Positions 39,103 through 49,383 of a stretch of DNA of 64,000 nucleotides are shown here, one piece after another; position 1 is the stretch's first letter; every line of letters begins with the position of its first letter. Source of the stretch: an uncultured Thermoprotei archaeon (lineage in GTDB: Archaea > Thermoproteota > Thermoprotei > Thermofilales > B15-G2); the NCBI GenBank assembly GCA_965367815.1, contig CBDUKN010000011.1:14180-78179 (forward strand), in the 5' to 3' direction. The position numbers and the translations under genes are program-made. The notes beneath the pieces were generated by a model, which saw nothing but the letters and a program-made list of their open reading frames with translations, did no database searches and had not been told where the DNA came from.

Positions 39103-39624
39103 TTATTGAGCAGCTAGAAGCTCTACAACTATTCTACATGGTAAAGGTAGCTTTGATGCAGCACGTCTAAGGGCTTCTTTTGCTTTATCTATGTGCTCAC
39201 CGTTTATTCTCACATATATTACTGTTTGGTTCTCATATACTCTGGCGGCTCTTCCAATAGGCGTACCAAACGCTAGTCTCATTCCATCCTGGAGACGATC
39301 GGCGCCAGCCATGGCCATCATTTTATTTTCTCTTAAAACGTGATGTGGGTATACACATAATTTCATATGATAGTTTGCTTCGCCAACATTTTTGCTTAAA
39401 TATTTGTGTGCTATGACTCTTGCTGCTTCTAATGCATTTGCTCTGATTTGACCTCTTTCCTTGGTAATTAGCTTAACTATGTGTGTGAAGTTTCCTTTAA
39501 CATTCCCGAGGTCAAATTTTGGTATTTGTACATGTGGAGCTCCTTTAATATACTCTAGTCTAGTGTAAGGTGGTGTGTCGAACCGCCTATAGCATCTGCC
39601 TGGCCGCAGAGGCATAATTATCAC
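39103..39624 (-). CDS. rpl10e: Ribosomal protein uL16 (L10e)
   Basis: RPGRCYR, RENK, GADRLQDGMRLAFG. Confidence 0.97.
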   Translation of the reverse strand: MIIMPLRPGRCYRRFDTPPYTRLEYIKGAPHVQIPKFDLGNVKGNFTHIVKLITKERGQIRANALEAARVIAHKYLSKNVGEANYHMKLCVYPHHVLRENKMMAMAGADRLQDGMRLAFGTPIGRAARVYENQTVIYVRINGEHIDKAKEALRRAASKLPLPCRIVVELLAAQ

Positions 39625-39682
39625 TATATGTCTTCACGCTGATTTATAAAGATTGCTTAGTTAACTAAGTAGGAATTTAGAA

Positions 39683-40384
39683 TCAATTTTTACATAATAA
39701 AACATATATTTTTCTAATAAATAATAATATTGTTCTTAGTTCTTTTTCTGTAGAATTTGATTTATATATTATTTTCTTAAAAGCTAATATAATATTATCT
39801 TTTTTCATATCATGAAACTCTATATTATCGCATATTTTGGAAACATAATCAAGAAATAATGTAGCGTAATTTCTTGGAATTTTGTGTTCTTTTACAGCTC
39901 TTTTTCTCGTGGCCATGTATATCTCGTATAGAACTATGGCTACTGCATGAGAGAGGTTTAGAATAGGGTATTCGGGGTTCGCAGGAATAGTTACCATGTA
40001 GTCGCATAGTTTTATTTCTTCGTTTGTTAAGCCCGAAGGCTCTCTACCAAATAAAATCGCTACTCTTCCCTGAATAGAGCTAACTTTTTCGGCAAAAGTT
40101 CTCACAGAGAGGGTCTGTCTTAAAAGTGATGTATCTGATGTTTTTCCAGTTGTTCCGACAACTAACTCAGCGTCTTTAATAGCAGGATTTATAGAATCTA
40201 GTATTACTGCTCTTTCTAATACATCTCTTCCTTTCATAGCATAGCGTCTAGCAATACCACTTATTTGTGCTCTAGGTTTCACCAAGTAGAGTTCTTTGAA
40301 ACCAAAGTTTTTCATTACTCTAGCCACGTATCCTATATTAATTTCGTAGTACGGTTCGACTAATACTACTCTTATTGAAGGCAT
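39683..40384 (-). CDS. trmJ: tRNA 2'-O-methyltransferase, TrmJ family
   Basis: NIGYVARVMKNFG, FGREPSGLTNEE, YPILNLSHAV. Confidence 0.9.
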   Translation of the reverse strand: MPSIRVVLVEPYYEINIGYVARVMKNFGFKELYLVKPRAQISGIARRYAMKGRDVLERAVILDSINPAIKDAELVVGTTGKTSDTSLLRQTLSVRTFAEKVSSIQGRVAILFGREPSGLTNEEIKLCDYMVTIPANPEYPILNLSHAVAIVLYEIYMATRKRAVKEHKIPRNYATLFLDYVSKICDNIEFHDMKKDNIILAFKKIIYKSNSTEKELRTILLFIRKIYVLLCKN

Positions 40385-40521
40385 TCATTCAGTATTCTAT
40401 AGAGGTGTAATAAATATATACGGTCTTAGCAATGATCGATTGATTCTTGGAAAAATATAAGTAGACAAGACGAATTAAAGATTATATTTTTAGACATGAA
40501 ATGATATGAGGGGGGCTGGGG

Positions 40522-42762
40522 GTGCAGGATATAGTAAAAATATTGAGAATTATAGGTAATGAAGTTAGAATGCAAATAATTAAACTATTATATAATGAAG
40601 GAGAGTTATCTTATGGCGAATTAATGCAGAAGATCGGTATCGCAAGAGATAAAAGTGGAAAATTTGGTTATCATTTAAGACAATTAGTAGACAATAGAAT
40701 AATAGAAATAGATAGAAACACAGGAAAATATAGATTAACTGATCTAGGATTTAAGATATTTGATTTATTTAAAGAATTTAGGGAGTCTTATCTTGCTCTA
40801 CAAAGTAGAGACATGCTTGTTTCGACATCAAAATATGTAATGGAGTACTTTGATAAAAATAAAATAATAGATAGTCTAGTCAGAGAGACTGGTATCAAAA
40901 GGTCGCTGGCTAAGGAAGTAGCAGTTGATGTAGAGGAGAAACTTAAGAATGCAAATCTACGCTATGTTTCAACAAACTTAATAAGAGAACTAGTAATTGC
41001 TACGCTACTTGAGAAAGGATGTGAAGAATATATAAAGAAATATAGTAGATACGGTTTACCTGTCTACGATGTAAAAAATATATTTGAATCTTATGATTTA
41101 GTAAGACCTTACACTCCCAATGTTTTGCTAAGAATACTTGGGAGGTCGATAATCGAGGCTTATACAATGTCTCAGCTAATACCTCCTAGTGTTCTTGTTG
41201 CGCATTTAAACGGATATATACACATAGCGAACAGCAGTGATTGGTTTATTGGGGTTGAAGACATTAGACATGATTTATGTCTATGTTTGTCGAAAGAAAA
41301 TTTTATGGGAAATAAATTTTTTCCCGAGATAATCATACCTGCTCCGAAAAACTTTAGAGAGGCTCTTTTCTCAATGTATATTACATTAAATTATTTTAAA
41401 GATTATTATTATATTTCTCAAATCATAGACAACTTTAATTTTATTTTGTCACCTTTTATAAGTAAAGGTGATCAAGACAAAGTATCATTGGAATTACTCT
41501 ATTTTACTAAAATACTCAACATAAATAACTTAAGTTATAGAAACTATAGACCCGTAGCACTAGCTTGTGCGTTTTCTTTACCTAAAGAATACGAAGATAT
41601 TAAGATTAAATACAAAAATACAGGTTTATTCTCCTTTGTAGACTACATGGATGAAGCGCTACTATTAGCAAAAACATTGTTGAATGTTTTAGCAAATGTT
41701 AATAGCAAGTATCCTTCAAAAACTCCCATAGTAGTGCTCAAAGTAAATGACAGAGTCCTAAGGGATGATGATCTTCTAAGTACTATATATAAGGCGCTTG
41801 CATCAAGAGTTCCAATAACACTTGTTAAGGAAGAAAACTATGTTTCTACTTCTAGTGAAGGTATACAGCTCGAAAAACCTAAGGAAGTACCGATTCTGCC
41901 AGCTTACGGGATAATTTCCTCTATTGCTGTTAATTTGCCTTTAATAATGCTTGAAAGTCATACGGAAGAAAAGTTTTTTGACAAAATATATAACGTAGCA
42001 GATTCTGTGGCGCTGGCATTTAACAGCAAACATAGCTTTATTAAAGATATTGTAGCTAAAAGAAGGCTAAAACCGTTAACAGAGTATATACTTAAAGGAG
42101 ACTATTACTATAGGTGGGAATATTCGCGTTATTTAATTTCCTTTATAGGAGTATACTTTACAGCCTTTTTGCTAGCGGGTAACGATAACAAAGATCACAT
42201 CATATCAACTGCTAGAAAACTAGTAAAAGAACTGATCAAGGTATTTAGAGATGCTGTTAAAAACGAAGAGTATACAGTAGAGTTTTCTTTTATGTGTAAC
42301 GATAGAAACTTTGTAAGAGTAGTCAGTATTATTAGAAACGTACTAAGAAAAAAGAACATTCCAATAAAAAATCTAGAGCAATATTTCTCTCCACTAACAT
42401 TGATGCCCTACAATATAGCGGGGTCACTCGAAGAATACTTAAAGATTTATCATAGCGAACCATTTAGAGAACTTAAAGGAGGAGTTTTTCTACGGGTAGA
42501 TCCTATATACTTCACTAAAGACGACTTAGTTACTCTGCTAGACTACTTGCTTAAATACGAGAGGCCCTTAATGTTATCTCTGGACTATACTTATTGTCCA
42601 CGATGCCGAATAATCCTAGATGGTTTTCATCAATTTTGTCCAAAATGTTTAGCAATGATACCAATGGGAGCTCACTTTTCTAGAGTTTTTTCGGTGTATG
42701 AGCCAATAACCTATGTTCACAGCTTCTATCGAGATGAATACTTGAGCCGAAAAAATATATAG
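40522..42762 (+). CDS. ArsR-type wHTH + ATP-cone + NrdD-like (class III RNR) protein, apparently catalytically inactive
   Basis: N-terminal wHTH (SGKFGYHLRQL), ATP cone (FDKNKIIDSLVRETG..IRELV), GLPVYDV, AHLNGYIHI, CPRC..CPKC; SRVFSVY at the glycyl-radical motif. Confidence 0.8.
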   Translation: MQDIVKILRIIGNEVRMQIIKLLYNEGELSYGELMQKIGIARDKSGKFGYHLRQLVDNRIIEIDRNTGKYRLTDLGFKIFDLFKEFRESYLALQSRDMLVSTSKYVMEYFDKNKIIDSLVRETGIKRSLAKEVAVDVEEKLKNANLRYVSTNLIRELVIATLLEKGCEEYIKKYSRYGLPVYDVKNIFESYDLVRPYTPNVLLRILGRSIIEAYTMSQLIPPSVLVAHLNGYIHIANSSDWFIGVEDIRHDLCLCLSKENFMGNKFFPEIIIPAPKNFREALFSMYITLNYFKDYYYISQIIDNFNFILSPFISKGDQDKVSLELLYFTKILNINNLSYRNYRPVALACAFSLPKEYEDIKIKYKNTGLFSFVDYMDEALLLAKTLLNVLANVNSKYPSKTPIVVLKVNDRVLRDDDLLSTIYKALASRVPITLVKEENYVSTSSEGIQLEKPKEVPILPAYGIISSIAVNLPLIMLESHTEEKFFDKIYNVADSVALAFNSKHSFIKDIVAKRRLKPLTEYILKGDYYYRWEYSRYLISFIGVYFTAFLLAGNDNKDHIISTARKLVKELIKVFRDAVKNEEYTVEFSFMCNDRNFVRVVSIIRNVLRKKNIPIKNLEQYFSPLTLMPYNIAGSLEEYLKIYHSEPFRELKGGVFLRVDPIYFTKDDLVTLLDYLLKYERPLMLSLDYTYCPRCRIILDGFHQFCPKCLAMIPMGAHFSRVFSVYEPITYVHSFYRDEYLSRKNI

Positions 42763-42787
42763 TATCGGAATTAAAATAGACGAGGGA

Positions 42788-43150
42788 ATGCAGATGATCG
42801 GTACTGCTAAAAGATATCTTGAAGCTCTGCTTGAACCGAAATTTTTGTCCTATGTAATAATTTTCGTTGCAGCACTACTTTTAGGAGGAATCTTATACGC
42901 TCTTGTTGTAGCATCGCCGAGAGAGCTTCAGGCATTTATCATACAACACAATTTGTATCAGTCTTTAACAGAAGTCATAGTTACTGCAATTTCTTATATA
43001 TTTGGGGCATTCAGCATAGTTTACATGTATTCAGCGTTAAAAAAGAAAACTGAAGAGTCTTTAAAAATGGCTGGATTATCGGTGCTGCTTCTACTAATAA
43101 CATTTCTAATGTTAAGCTATCTATATTATCTAAAAATATATGCAAGATAA
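42788..43150 (+). CDS. Three-TM membrane protein, OST3/OST6/OSTC-like
   Basis: LLGGILY..V..P...FI....Q...E pattern plus three TM helices ending YLK. Confidence 0.55.
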   Translation: MQMIGTAKRYLEALLEPKFLSYVIIFVAALLLGGILYALVVASPRELQAFIIQHNLYQSLTEVIVTAISYIFGAFSIVYMYSALKKKTEESLKMAGLSVLLLLITFLMLSYLYYLKIYAR

Positions 43151-43679
43151 AGAAAGTGCTTTGAGAAAAATACTGGTGGAAAAAGGTCCTAGCCTACTAC
43201 TATATGATGTGAATTTACGAAAGTCTGTAGTAAACTCCTTTCTAAAATACATAAACAATACTGCAGAAAATTTCTTAATTATTTCACCTCTATTTGATGT
43301 TTTTGAAAATATTTTAAGTAAGAATAAGAATAAAGGATCTATTATAGTTGTAGATGATTTACTCAAATTACTGGTACTAGTTCACACATTAACCTCGCTA
43401 AAACATATGTTAAAAAAATATTTAATAATAGTTTCTGATATTGATATAGTATATAAATCAAGTATAATTAACTATAATTTAAATAAATGTATTTCGTGGC
43501 TAAATGAATTATTATCATTATTTAAAATTCATTTTAATAGAAGTATTGTATTTCAGCCTATCAGTAATAAAGAGTACTCATATAAAAGCCTTTATATGAA
43601 AATACTTTTTAGAAACGTAAAAAATATAGTTGAAATCGGTGAAGAAGGAGCTAATATATTAAGAAGTATTTACTCATAA
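43140..43679 (+). CDS. Hypothetical protein (possibly a degenerate RecA/RadB-like fold)
   Basis: 179-aa very AT-rich ORF in the operon; no Walker A. Confidence 0.5.
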   Translation: MQDKESALRKILVEKGPSLLLYDVNLRKSVVNSFLKYINNTAENFLIISPLFDVFENILSKNKNKGSIIVVDDLLKLLVLVHTLTSLKHMLKKYLIIVSDIDIVYKSSIINYNLNKCISWLNELLSLFKIHFNRSIVFQPISNKEYSYKSLYMKILFRNVKNIVEIGEEGANILRSIYS

Positions 43680-43689
43680 TAAAGCAAGG

Positions 43690-44319
43690 ATGGCTGAAAA
43701 GAATATACATGAAAATACCAGTAAATTTAGGAAAATAAACGTATATAAAAAAGCTATACGGTGTCTTGGAATAGCTGAAAGCTTTAGAAAAGAGAACAAA
43801 TATGCAGTATTAGTTGGAGTAGTTATGAGAAGTGACTTTCTAATAGATGGAGTCTACATAGAGAGAGTAACTGTAGGAGGAATGGATTCTACGAAAGCTG
43901 TTATAAGAATGTATTACAATACTGGGAGAAATGACATTAACTTTATTTTAATAAATGGTGTAATTATAAGCTACTACAACATAATAGATTTGAGCGAAGT
44001 ATTTAACTCAGTAAAAATTCCTGTAATATCAGTAACCTACAGAGAATCAAAAGGATTAGAGGAAATAATTAGAAAGAATTTTCCGGACTGGAAAGAAAGA
44101 GTAGAAGTTTACAGGAAAAATGGAAAACGAGTACCATTACCTCTTAGAACAGGACATATAGTCTATGTGAGATATTTTGGTGTTGACTTTAGAGAATGCA
44201 TGCATTTAGTTAATAAATTTACTGTAGAGGGAAAGCATCCAGAGCCAATTAAGGTGGCAAAAATGATTGCTAGAAGCATTAATAAGTATGTGTGTTGTAG
44301 TAGGGGGAGACTGCTGTGA
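43690..44319 (+). CDS. DUF99 (UPF0215; endonuclease V-like) protein
   Basis: LGIAESF, IDG, TVGGMDST, YNIID, PEPI. Confidence 0.88.
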   Translation: MAEKNIHENTSKFRKINVYKKAIRCLGIAESFRKENKYAVLVGVVMRSDFLIDGVYIERVTVGGMDSTKAVIRMYYNTGRNDINFILINGVIISYYNIIDLSEVFNSVKIPVISVTYRESKGLEEIIRKNFPDWKERVEVYRKNGKRVPLPLRTGHIVYVRYFGVDFRECMHLVNKFTVEGKHPEPIKVAKMIARSINKYVCCSRGRLL

Positions 44320-44993
44320 AGGAGCACGAGAAAGTGTACATATTGATGAAAATATCGCTAAAGGGAGGAATTTTTTCTCCGGTAAAAATAAGCACTAGTG
44401 AGCTAGCTAAGTATATCAAATGTTCTCAGCAGTCTGCGTCTCGTAAGTTAATAGAGTTAGAGCAAGAAAACTTAATTATTAGAAGAAAATCCATTGAGGG
44501 AACATATATTATGATAAGTGAAAAAGGTTTAAGTTTACTTTATAGCTACTATTTAAAGTTTAAGAAAATTTTCGAGAAAATTAATGAAGTAGTAATACTG
44601 AGAGGCACTGCTGTATCAGGATTAGGTGAAGGAGCCTACTACGTCTCATTACCCTTCTACTATAAGCAGTTTAAAGAAAAATTAGGATTTGAGCCTTATC
44701 CGGGGACCTTTAATGTTAAACTAGATAGTGATAGTATAAAAAGAAAAAATATTTTGAATTATATTAGCGGAATAAAGATAAGTGAACACTATAATGGTAA
44801 GAGAAAATACGGAGGAGCCAAGTGCTTTTATGCTATAGTAAATGATAAAGTTAAAGGAGCATTAATTCTTATAGAGAGAACACATCATGGGCCTGAGATA
44901 ATCGAGATAATAGCCCCCCTGTGTATTAGGAAAGTCCTCAATATTAAAGACGGAGATCCGGTAGTAGTAAAGGTTTACTTAGGACTATACTAA
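44316..44993 (+). CDS. ribK: wHTH + CTP-dependent riboflavin kinase (RbkR-type)
   Basis: SQQSASRKL; [19 protein letters not shown]. Confidence 0.92.
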   Translation: MKEHEKVYILMKISLKGGIFSPVKISTSELAKYIKCSQQSASRKLIELEQENLIIRRKSIEGTYIMISEKGLSLLYSYYLKFKKIFEKINEVVILRGTAVSGLGEGAYYVSLPFYYKQFKEKLGFEPYPGTFNVKLDSDSIKRKNILNYISGIKISEHYNGKRKYGGAKCFYAIVNDKVKGALILIERTHHGPEIIEIIAPLCIRKVLNIKDGDPVVVKVYLGLY

Positions 44994-45173
44994 CCTAACT
45001 CTGTTGTATTTCTTGTTTTGCCACGAATATCTGCGCATTCTTTTAGATCGACCAAAGCCGCAAGCTGCACAGTATTTCTTTCTCACGTGGTATGCGTGTC
45101 TTCCGCATCTTCTACATCTTATATGGGTTTTTCCTTTGCTCTTTTTACCAAATGAGGTTGTTCCTTTGACCAT
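44985..45173 (-). CDS. rpl37e: Ribosomal protein eL37
   Basis: [23 protein letters not shown]. Confidence 0.97.
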   Translation of the reverse strand: MVKGTTSFGKKSKGKTHIRCRRCGRHAYHVRKKYCAACGFGRSKRMRRYSWQNKKYNRVRLV

Positions 45174-45174
45174 A

Positions 45175-45408
45175 CTACTTCACCGTTACCGATACAGGAC
45201 TTACAAGAACTACATTATCTCCTCTCACAATTATAGTTCCTAATTTTCTAGATTTTTTATCCTTAATTTCTTCTGCTTCATCTAATACTAGGTTTAAATG
45301 CTGATCGAAGCTTCGTAAAATTCCCCTAACTTCTCTTCCGCCTTTGAGTTTCACTAACACCATGTTACCTAGAGCTTCATTAAGCATTTCGCTAGACATG
45401 TAAAGCAC
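45175..45408 (-). CDS. Sm-like archaeal protein (SmAP1/Lsm)
   Basis: [17 protein letters not shown]. Confidence 0.95.
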   Translation of the reverse strand: MLYMSSEMLNEALGNMVLVKLKGGREVRGILRSFDQHLNLVLDEAEEIKDKKSRKLGTIIVRGDNVVLVSPVSVTVK

Positions 45409-45507
45409 CTTTGCAAAAGGTGTATTCTGTTCACTATTATAAAACTTGCGTTTTTATCAATTTAGTAAATAGATGTTTTCTAAGAATTTTTATGACTAAA
45501 AACAAAA

Positions 45508-47412
45508 TTATCTTACTCTTATAGCTTCAAGATTGCTCGGCGCTATTGCATGTATTTTTAATCTACTGTTGATGAATGAGGCTAAGCTCTGGGCTTTTGT
45601 TTTCTCTCCGTGACAGAGCACTATTTTCTCTGGTTTAGGAGTGACTCTATTCACATATCTAATTAGCTGTCTTCTATCGCTATGTCCTGAAAATCCTTCA
45701 ACTCTGTATACTTCTAATTGTAGCTTTACTAAAGATATTTTTCCGGTAGGGTCTACAGACTCTATTTCGCGCTGACCATCTAGTATTCTTCTACCGAGAG
45801 TGCCTTCTATCTGGTAGCTTACAAATACTAAGGAGTTCTTGGGATCACTGGCTAAAAGCCTTAGGTAGTCTAGGACAGGGCCCCCCATGAGCATGCCGGA
45901 TGTTGCGAGAATTATACAGGGCTCTCCTTCGGCTACTTCTATGCGTTTTTGAGGGTCGTCTACTGTAGTGAAGTATTCTGATAAGAATGGGTTTTCGTCA
46001 TGATATATTTTTTCTCTCATTTCTCTTGAGAGAAATTCTGGATATGCTAGGTGAATTGCTGTTACTTCTTTCATCATTCCCTCTATGTATACAGGTACTT
46101 CGGGTATGAGTTTATTTTTCATAGCATTACTTATGACAAGCATTATTTCTTGAGCTCTTCCAACAGCTAAAACTGGAATCAGAACTTTTCCTCCTCTTGA
46201 AAGCGTTCTATTTAATATTTCTATGAATTCTCTTTCTGTTTCTTCTCTTGAGCGTACTCGGTCTTCTCTACCGCCGTAAGTCGACTCCATTATAAGAACT
46301 TCAAGTCTAGGGAACTTGTAGTTTGCAGCTTCGAGAAGCGCTGTTCGTTCGAATTTGAAGTCACCTGTGTACACAATATTGCAAAGACCGTTACCTATGT
46401 GCAGGTGTACAATCGCAGACCCTAAGATGTGGCCAGCGTCGTGTAATGTTAGCTTAACATCAGGAGCTATGTCAGTTACTTCGCTGTACTCTAGAGTTAT
46501 TGTGTGTGATATTACATCGTAGATATCTTTTTTCGAGTATAATGGAGTTTTTCCTTCTTTAATAGAGACTTGAATGTAGTCTTCTTGTAGTAACTTCATA
46601 AGATCTCTTGTAGGTGCCGTACAGTAGACTGGGCCTCTATAACCGTACTTGAATAGATACGGTACTAGACCGCAGTGATCCAAATGCGCATGAGTTACAA
46701 TAACGGCGTCGAGTTGATCTATATCAAACTCCGGCATATATATGAACGGATATTCGTCTCCTGATAACGAGGGTTTAATTCCACAGTCCAATAGTATATT
46801 GCTTTCATCTGTTTGAACTAAAATGGCGCTCCTACCAACTTCCTGGAATCCTCCTAATGCTATTATTCTCACACGGCTTGTCTTGAAGAATGGCGATCTA
46901 TGTATTTTGGTGCCTAAGTCTCTGAGAAATCTCTGTCTTTCAGGAGATGTAGCTCTTAAAATATTTCTTACTTCTCTTATAGTTTTAGATTCGAGCGGAG
47001 GAGTTCTAACTACTCTAGGGCGCCAGCCTGTGAGCAGTATTATTTGCCTTAAGTTTTTTCCCTCCTTACCTATAACATATCCAGGTTTCAGAGCCTCTAT
47101 TTCAACTTCGCCTGTATTTTCGTCAAAGTACAGATGTTTAACCTCAGCTTCAGGAGGAATTATGTTTAATATTACTTCCTTTGCTTTTTCTTCAGGTAAC
47201 CGCGATTCAGGGTCTACTTTGATAATTATTCTTTTCTTGATGGTTTTTGCTACTCTTTTAATAATATCTTCGTTTTCTATGAGAGACTGTGGATTATCTA
47301 GTATTATTGCTATTTTAGGTCCTTCAAAATCTATTTTTACTTTTCCTACGTTTGGGGGAATATTTTTTAATATAGTTTCTCTTATATTTGCTAAAACAAA
47401 ATCTGTCGTCAT
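45508..47412 (-). CDS. fttA: Beta-CASP ribonuclease aCPSF1 (FttA)
   Basis: KH domains, HAHLDH, AGHILG, MESTYG, FSGH. Confidence 0.95.
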   Translation of the reverse strand: MTTDFVLANIRETILKNIPPNVGKVKIDFEGPKIAIILDNPQSLIENEDIIKRVAKTIKKRIIIKVDPESRLPEEKAKEVILNIIPPEAEVKHLYFDENTGEVEIEALKPGYVIGKEGKNLRQIILLTGWRPRVVRTPPLESKTIREVRNILRATSPERQRFLRDLGTKIHRSPFFKTSRVRIIALGGFQEVGRSAILVQTDESNILLDCGIKPSLSGDEYPFIYMPEFDIDQLDAVIVTHAHLDHCGLVPYLFKYGYRGPVYCTAPTRDLMKLLQEDYIQVSIKEGKTPLYSKKDIYDVISHTITLEYSEVTDIAPDVKLTLHDAGHILGSAIVHLHIGNGLCNIVYTGDFKFERTALLEAANYKFPRLEVLIMESTYGGREDRVRSREETEREFIEILNRTLSRGGKVLIPVLAVGRAQEIMLVISNAMKNKLIPEVPVYIEGMMKEVTAIHLAYPEFLSREMREKIYHDENPFLSEYFTTVDDPQKRIEVAEGEPCIILATSGMLMGGPVLDYLRLLASDPKNSLVFVSYQIEGTLGRRILDGQREIESVDPTGKISLVKLQLEVYRVEGFSGHSDRRQLIRYVNRVTPKPEKIVLCHGEKTKAQSLASFINSRLKIHAIAPSNLEAIRVR

Positions 47413-47424
47413 TATCAGATACCT

Positions 47425-48075
47425 CTACTTTGCGGTAGACAGTATTTTCTTAATTTCTTCTTCAGATAGCTCCCTATAACCTTTATCCTTAGATACATAT
47501 GCGACATCTATGCCTTCGCCGCTGCCGGGGTCTCTTTGCATTGCTGAAAAGACTGCTTTTACTGCCAGCTTAATGGCGTCTGATAGCGGTATATCTTTTG
47601 AATATTCTGATTCAAGAACTCCTAAAGCATAGGGAGAACCTGATCCTGTTGCAATGAATTTATCTTCTTTTGTTGTTGAGCCGAACCAGTCTACCTCATA
47701 TATGGCTGGGCCTTCGTTATCTACTCCTCCTATTATAAGCTGAACTACCATGACGAAAGGCCTTGCACTGAAAAGTAGAGATGATGCTATCGATGCTACT
47801 GACTTCAGTGGAATAGGCTTATTGTTTTCGAGCCGATATAGAGTAGCTTCGCTAGCGAGCCTATCTACGAGGAACTGTGCTTCTGCCACAACTCCTGCTA
47901 TTGTTACTCCTACATGGTCGTCTATTTTATGGATCTTCTTTCCTCTTTTATGCGAAATGTAGAAGCCGCTGGTTACTCTACGGTCGGTTGCCATTATCAC
48001 TCCGTCTTTGCAAACGATGCCTACAGTTGTTGTGCCTTTAAACAACTTATGTCTTATAAATTCAACCCCCAGCAT
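47425..48075 (-). CDS. psmB: 20S proteasome beta subunit
   Basis: KG/TTTVG propeptide site, ATGSGS. Confidence 0.96.
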   Translation of the reverse strand: MLGVEFIRHKLFKGTTTVGIVCKDGVIMATDRRVTSGFYISHKRGKKIHKIDDHVGVTIAGVVAEAQFLVDRLASEATLYRLENNKPIPLKSVASIASSLLFSARPFVMVVQLIIGGVDNEGPAIYEVDWFGSTTKEDKFIATGSGSPYALGVLESEYSKDIPLSDAIKLAVKAVFSAMQRDPGSGEGIDVAYVSKDKGYRELSEEEIKKILSTAK

Positions 48076-48143
48076 ATTATTAGCCTTACAATATTTCTCT
48101 TAAAAGTTAATTAATTTTTTCTACATTAAAAAACTAATAAAAT

Positions 48144-48932
48144 TCACTCAGTGGTGGCTGCTTTTTCTGACGCTGATTTTGATTCAGGTTTTTCTGGTTT
48201 CTCTTCTTCTTTTTTAGGTTTTTCTGCAGTTTCCCGTTCGAATGTAGCCTCAAATATTATTTTAACAGCAGAAATTTCTTTTATGTATCTATCTATATCT
48301 CTGATTATTCCTCTTAACGCTAAATTGATGTTAGAGTAAGATAGTAGATCTAGCGGTAATAATACCGTAGCTGTGTGGTCTTCTATTGTTACGTTTACCT
48401 TGTTTAAATCAATTAAATGTATTCTTCTTCTAATTAACTCTTTTATTTTATCTTCTGTTTTTTCTATTTTCTTTACTACTTTTACAGTATATACTAATGT
48501 TTTTCCAGCTAGAGGGTGATTAAAATCTAGGATTACTCTTCCACTACCTATTCTCTTGACTATAGCTGGCTTTCCGTCGAAATTTATTATTTCATTTATC
48601 TTTGGTCTAATGTTTCTCCGCTGTAGATCTCTTATTGAGACGACTCTTATTTTTGAAGGATCTCTTTGACCAAACGCTTTTTCAGGAGGTATTTCGAATG
48701 TTTTTTCTTCGCCAACGTTCATTTTCTTAATTTCTTCTTCTGCGCTCTTTAGTATCCAGCCTTCGCCTATTATGACTAGCTCTGGGCCATAGACTTTTCC
48801 TTCCTCGTATACTCCTGCCTTTTTAGCTTCTTCTTCTATTGTCGTATCTATAACGCGGTCGTCTTCCTTGACTTTTACTATGTAGTCGATTAAGATATAG
48901 TCTCCCTCGTTAAATGGCATAGTACCCATCAC
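48144..48932 (-). CDS. FKBP-type peptidyl-prolyl isomerase (long SlyD-like)
   Basis: PPEKAFG.RDP, LDFNHPLAGKTL. Confidence 0.92.
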   Translation of the reverse strand: MMGTMPFNEGDYILIDYIVKVKEDDRVIDTTIEEEAKKAGVYEEGKVYGPELVIIGEGWILKSAEEEIKKMNVGEEKTFEIPPEKAFGQRDPSKIRVVSIRDLQRRNIRPKINEIINFDGKPAIVKRIGSGRVILDFNHPLAGKTLVYTVKVVKKIEKTEDKIKELIRRRIHLIDLNKVNVTIEDHTATVLLPLDLLSYSNINLALRGIIRDIDRYIKEISAVKIIFEATFERETAEKPKKEEEKPEKPESKSASEKAATTE

Positions 48933-48984
48933 ATACTTTAGAAACTGCTTATAACTATTACTCTAGTTTCAGAAGGAGAATTAA

Positions 48985-49041
48985 AAGATCAGAGGATTTT
49001 TAGGTCATCATTTGTCAGCGCAGGTCAGTGACATCATCTCG
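48985..49041 (-). ncRNA. Box C/D sRNA candidate
   Basis: Minus strand ATGATGT-CACTGACCTGCG-CTGA-CAA-ATGATGA-CCTAAAAATCCT-CTGA; two 12-nt guides. Confidence 0.8.
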
Positions 49042-49054
49042 GGGCAAGATTACT

Positions 49055-49255
49055 TTAAACTTGTTCTCGCTCGGATAATTTAACCAAACGTGTTATGTAT
49101 CCGGCGACCCTATTGCGTACTCTTTTAGACTGAATATTTGTTAATTTAGCTACTAGCCTTTTATTTGCCTCAAAGTCTGTAGTGAATTTATCGGGATATG
49201 TTTCTAGTAGTTTTCGCGCTAGTCTTTTAATGAACCCCGGTCTAACTTTACCCAT
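49055..49255 (-). CDS. rps17e: Ribosomal protein eS17
   Basis: [23 protein letters not shown]. Confidence 0.97.
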   Translation of the reverse strand: MGKVRPGFIKRLARKLLETYPDKFTTDFEANKRLVAKLTNIQSKRVRNRVAGYITRLVKLSEREQV

Positions 49256-49383
49256 ACACCAATCTTTGGTTTAAGGTATTAATATATTTGTTCCCGGCGT
49301 TTTATGTCTTTAAATGAGCAGTTTAACATGTATTATTTTAGATAAAGAGATAGTTTTATTGCTTAGGAAAGTGGAATAAAAAT

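Noticed and set aside
46823-47479. Long antisense ORFs (here and over gltX, srp54, thermosome and others)
   Set aside because: They are shadows of strongly supported genes on the opposite strand
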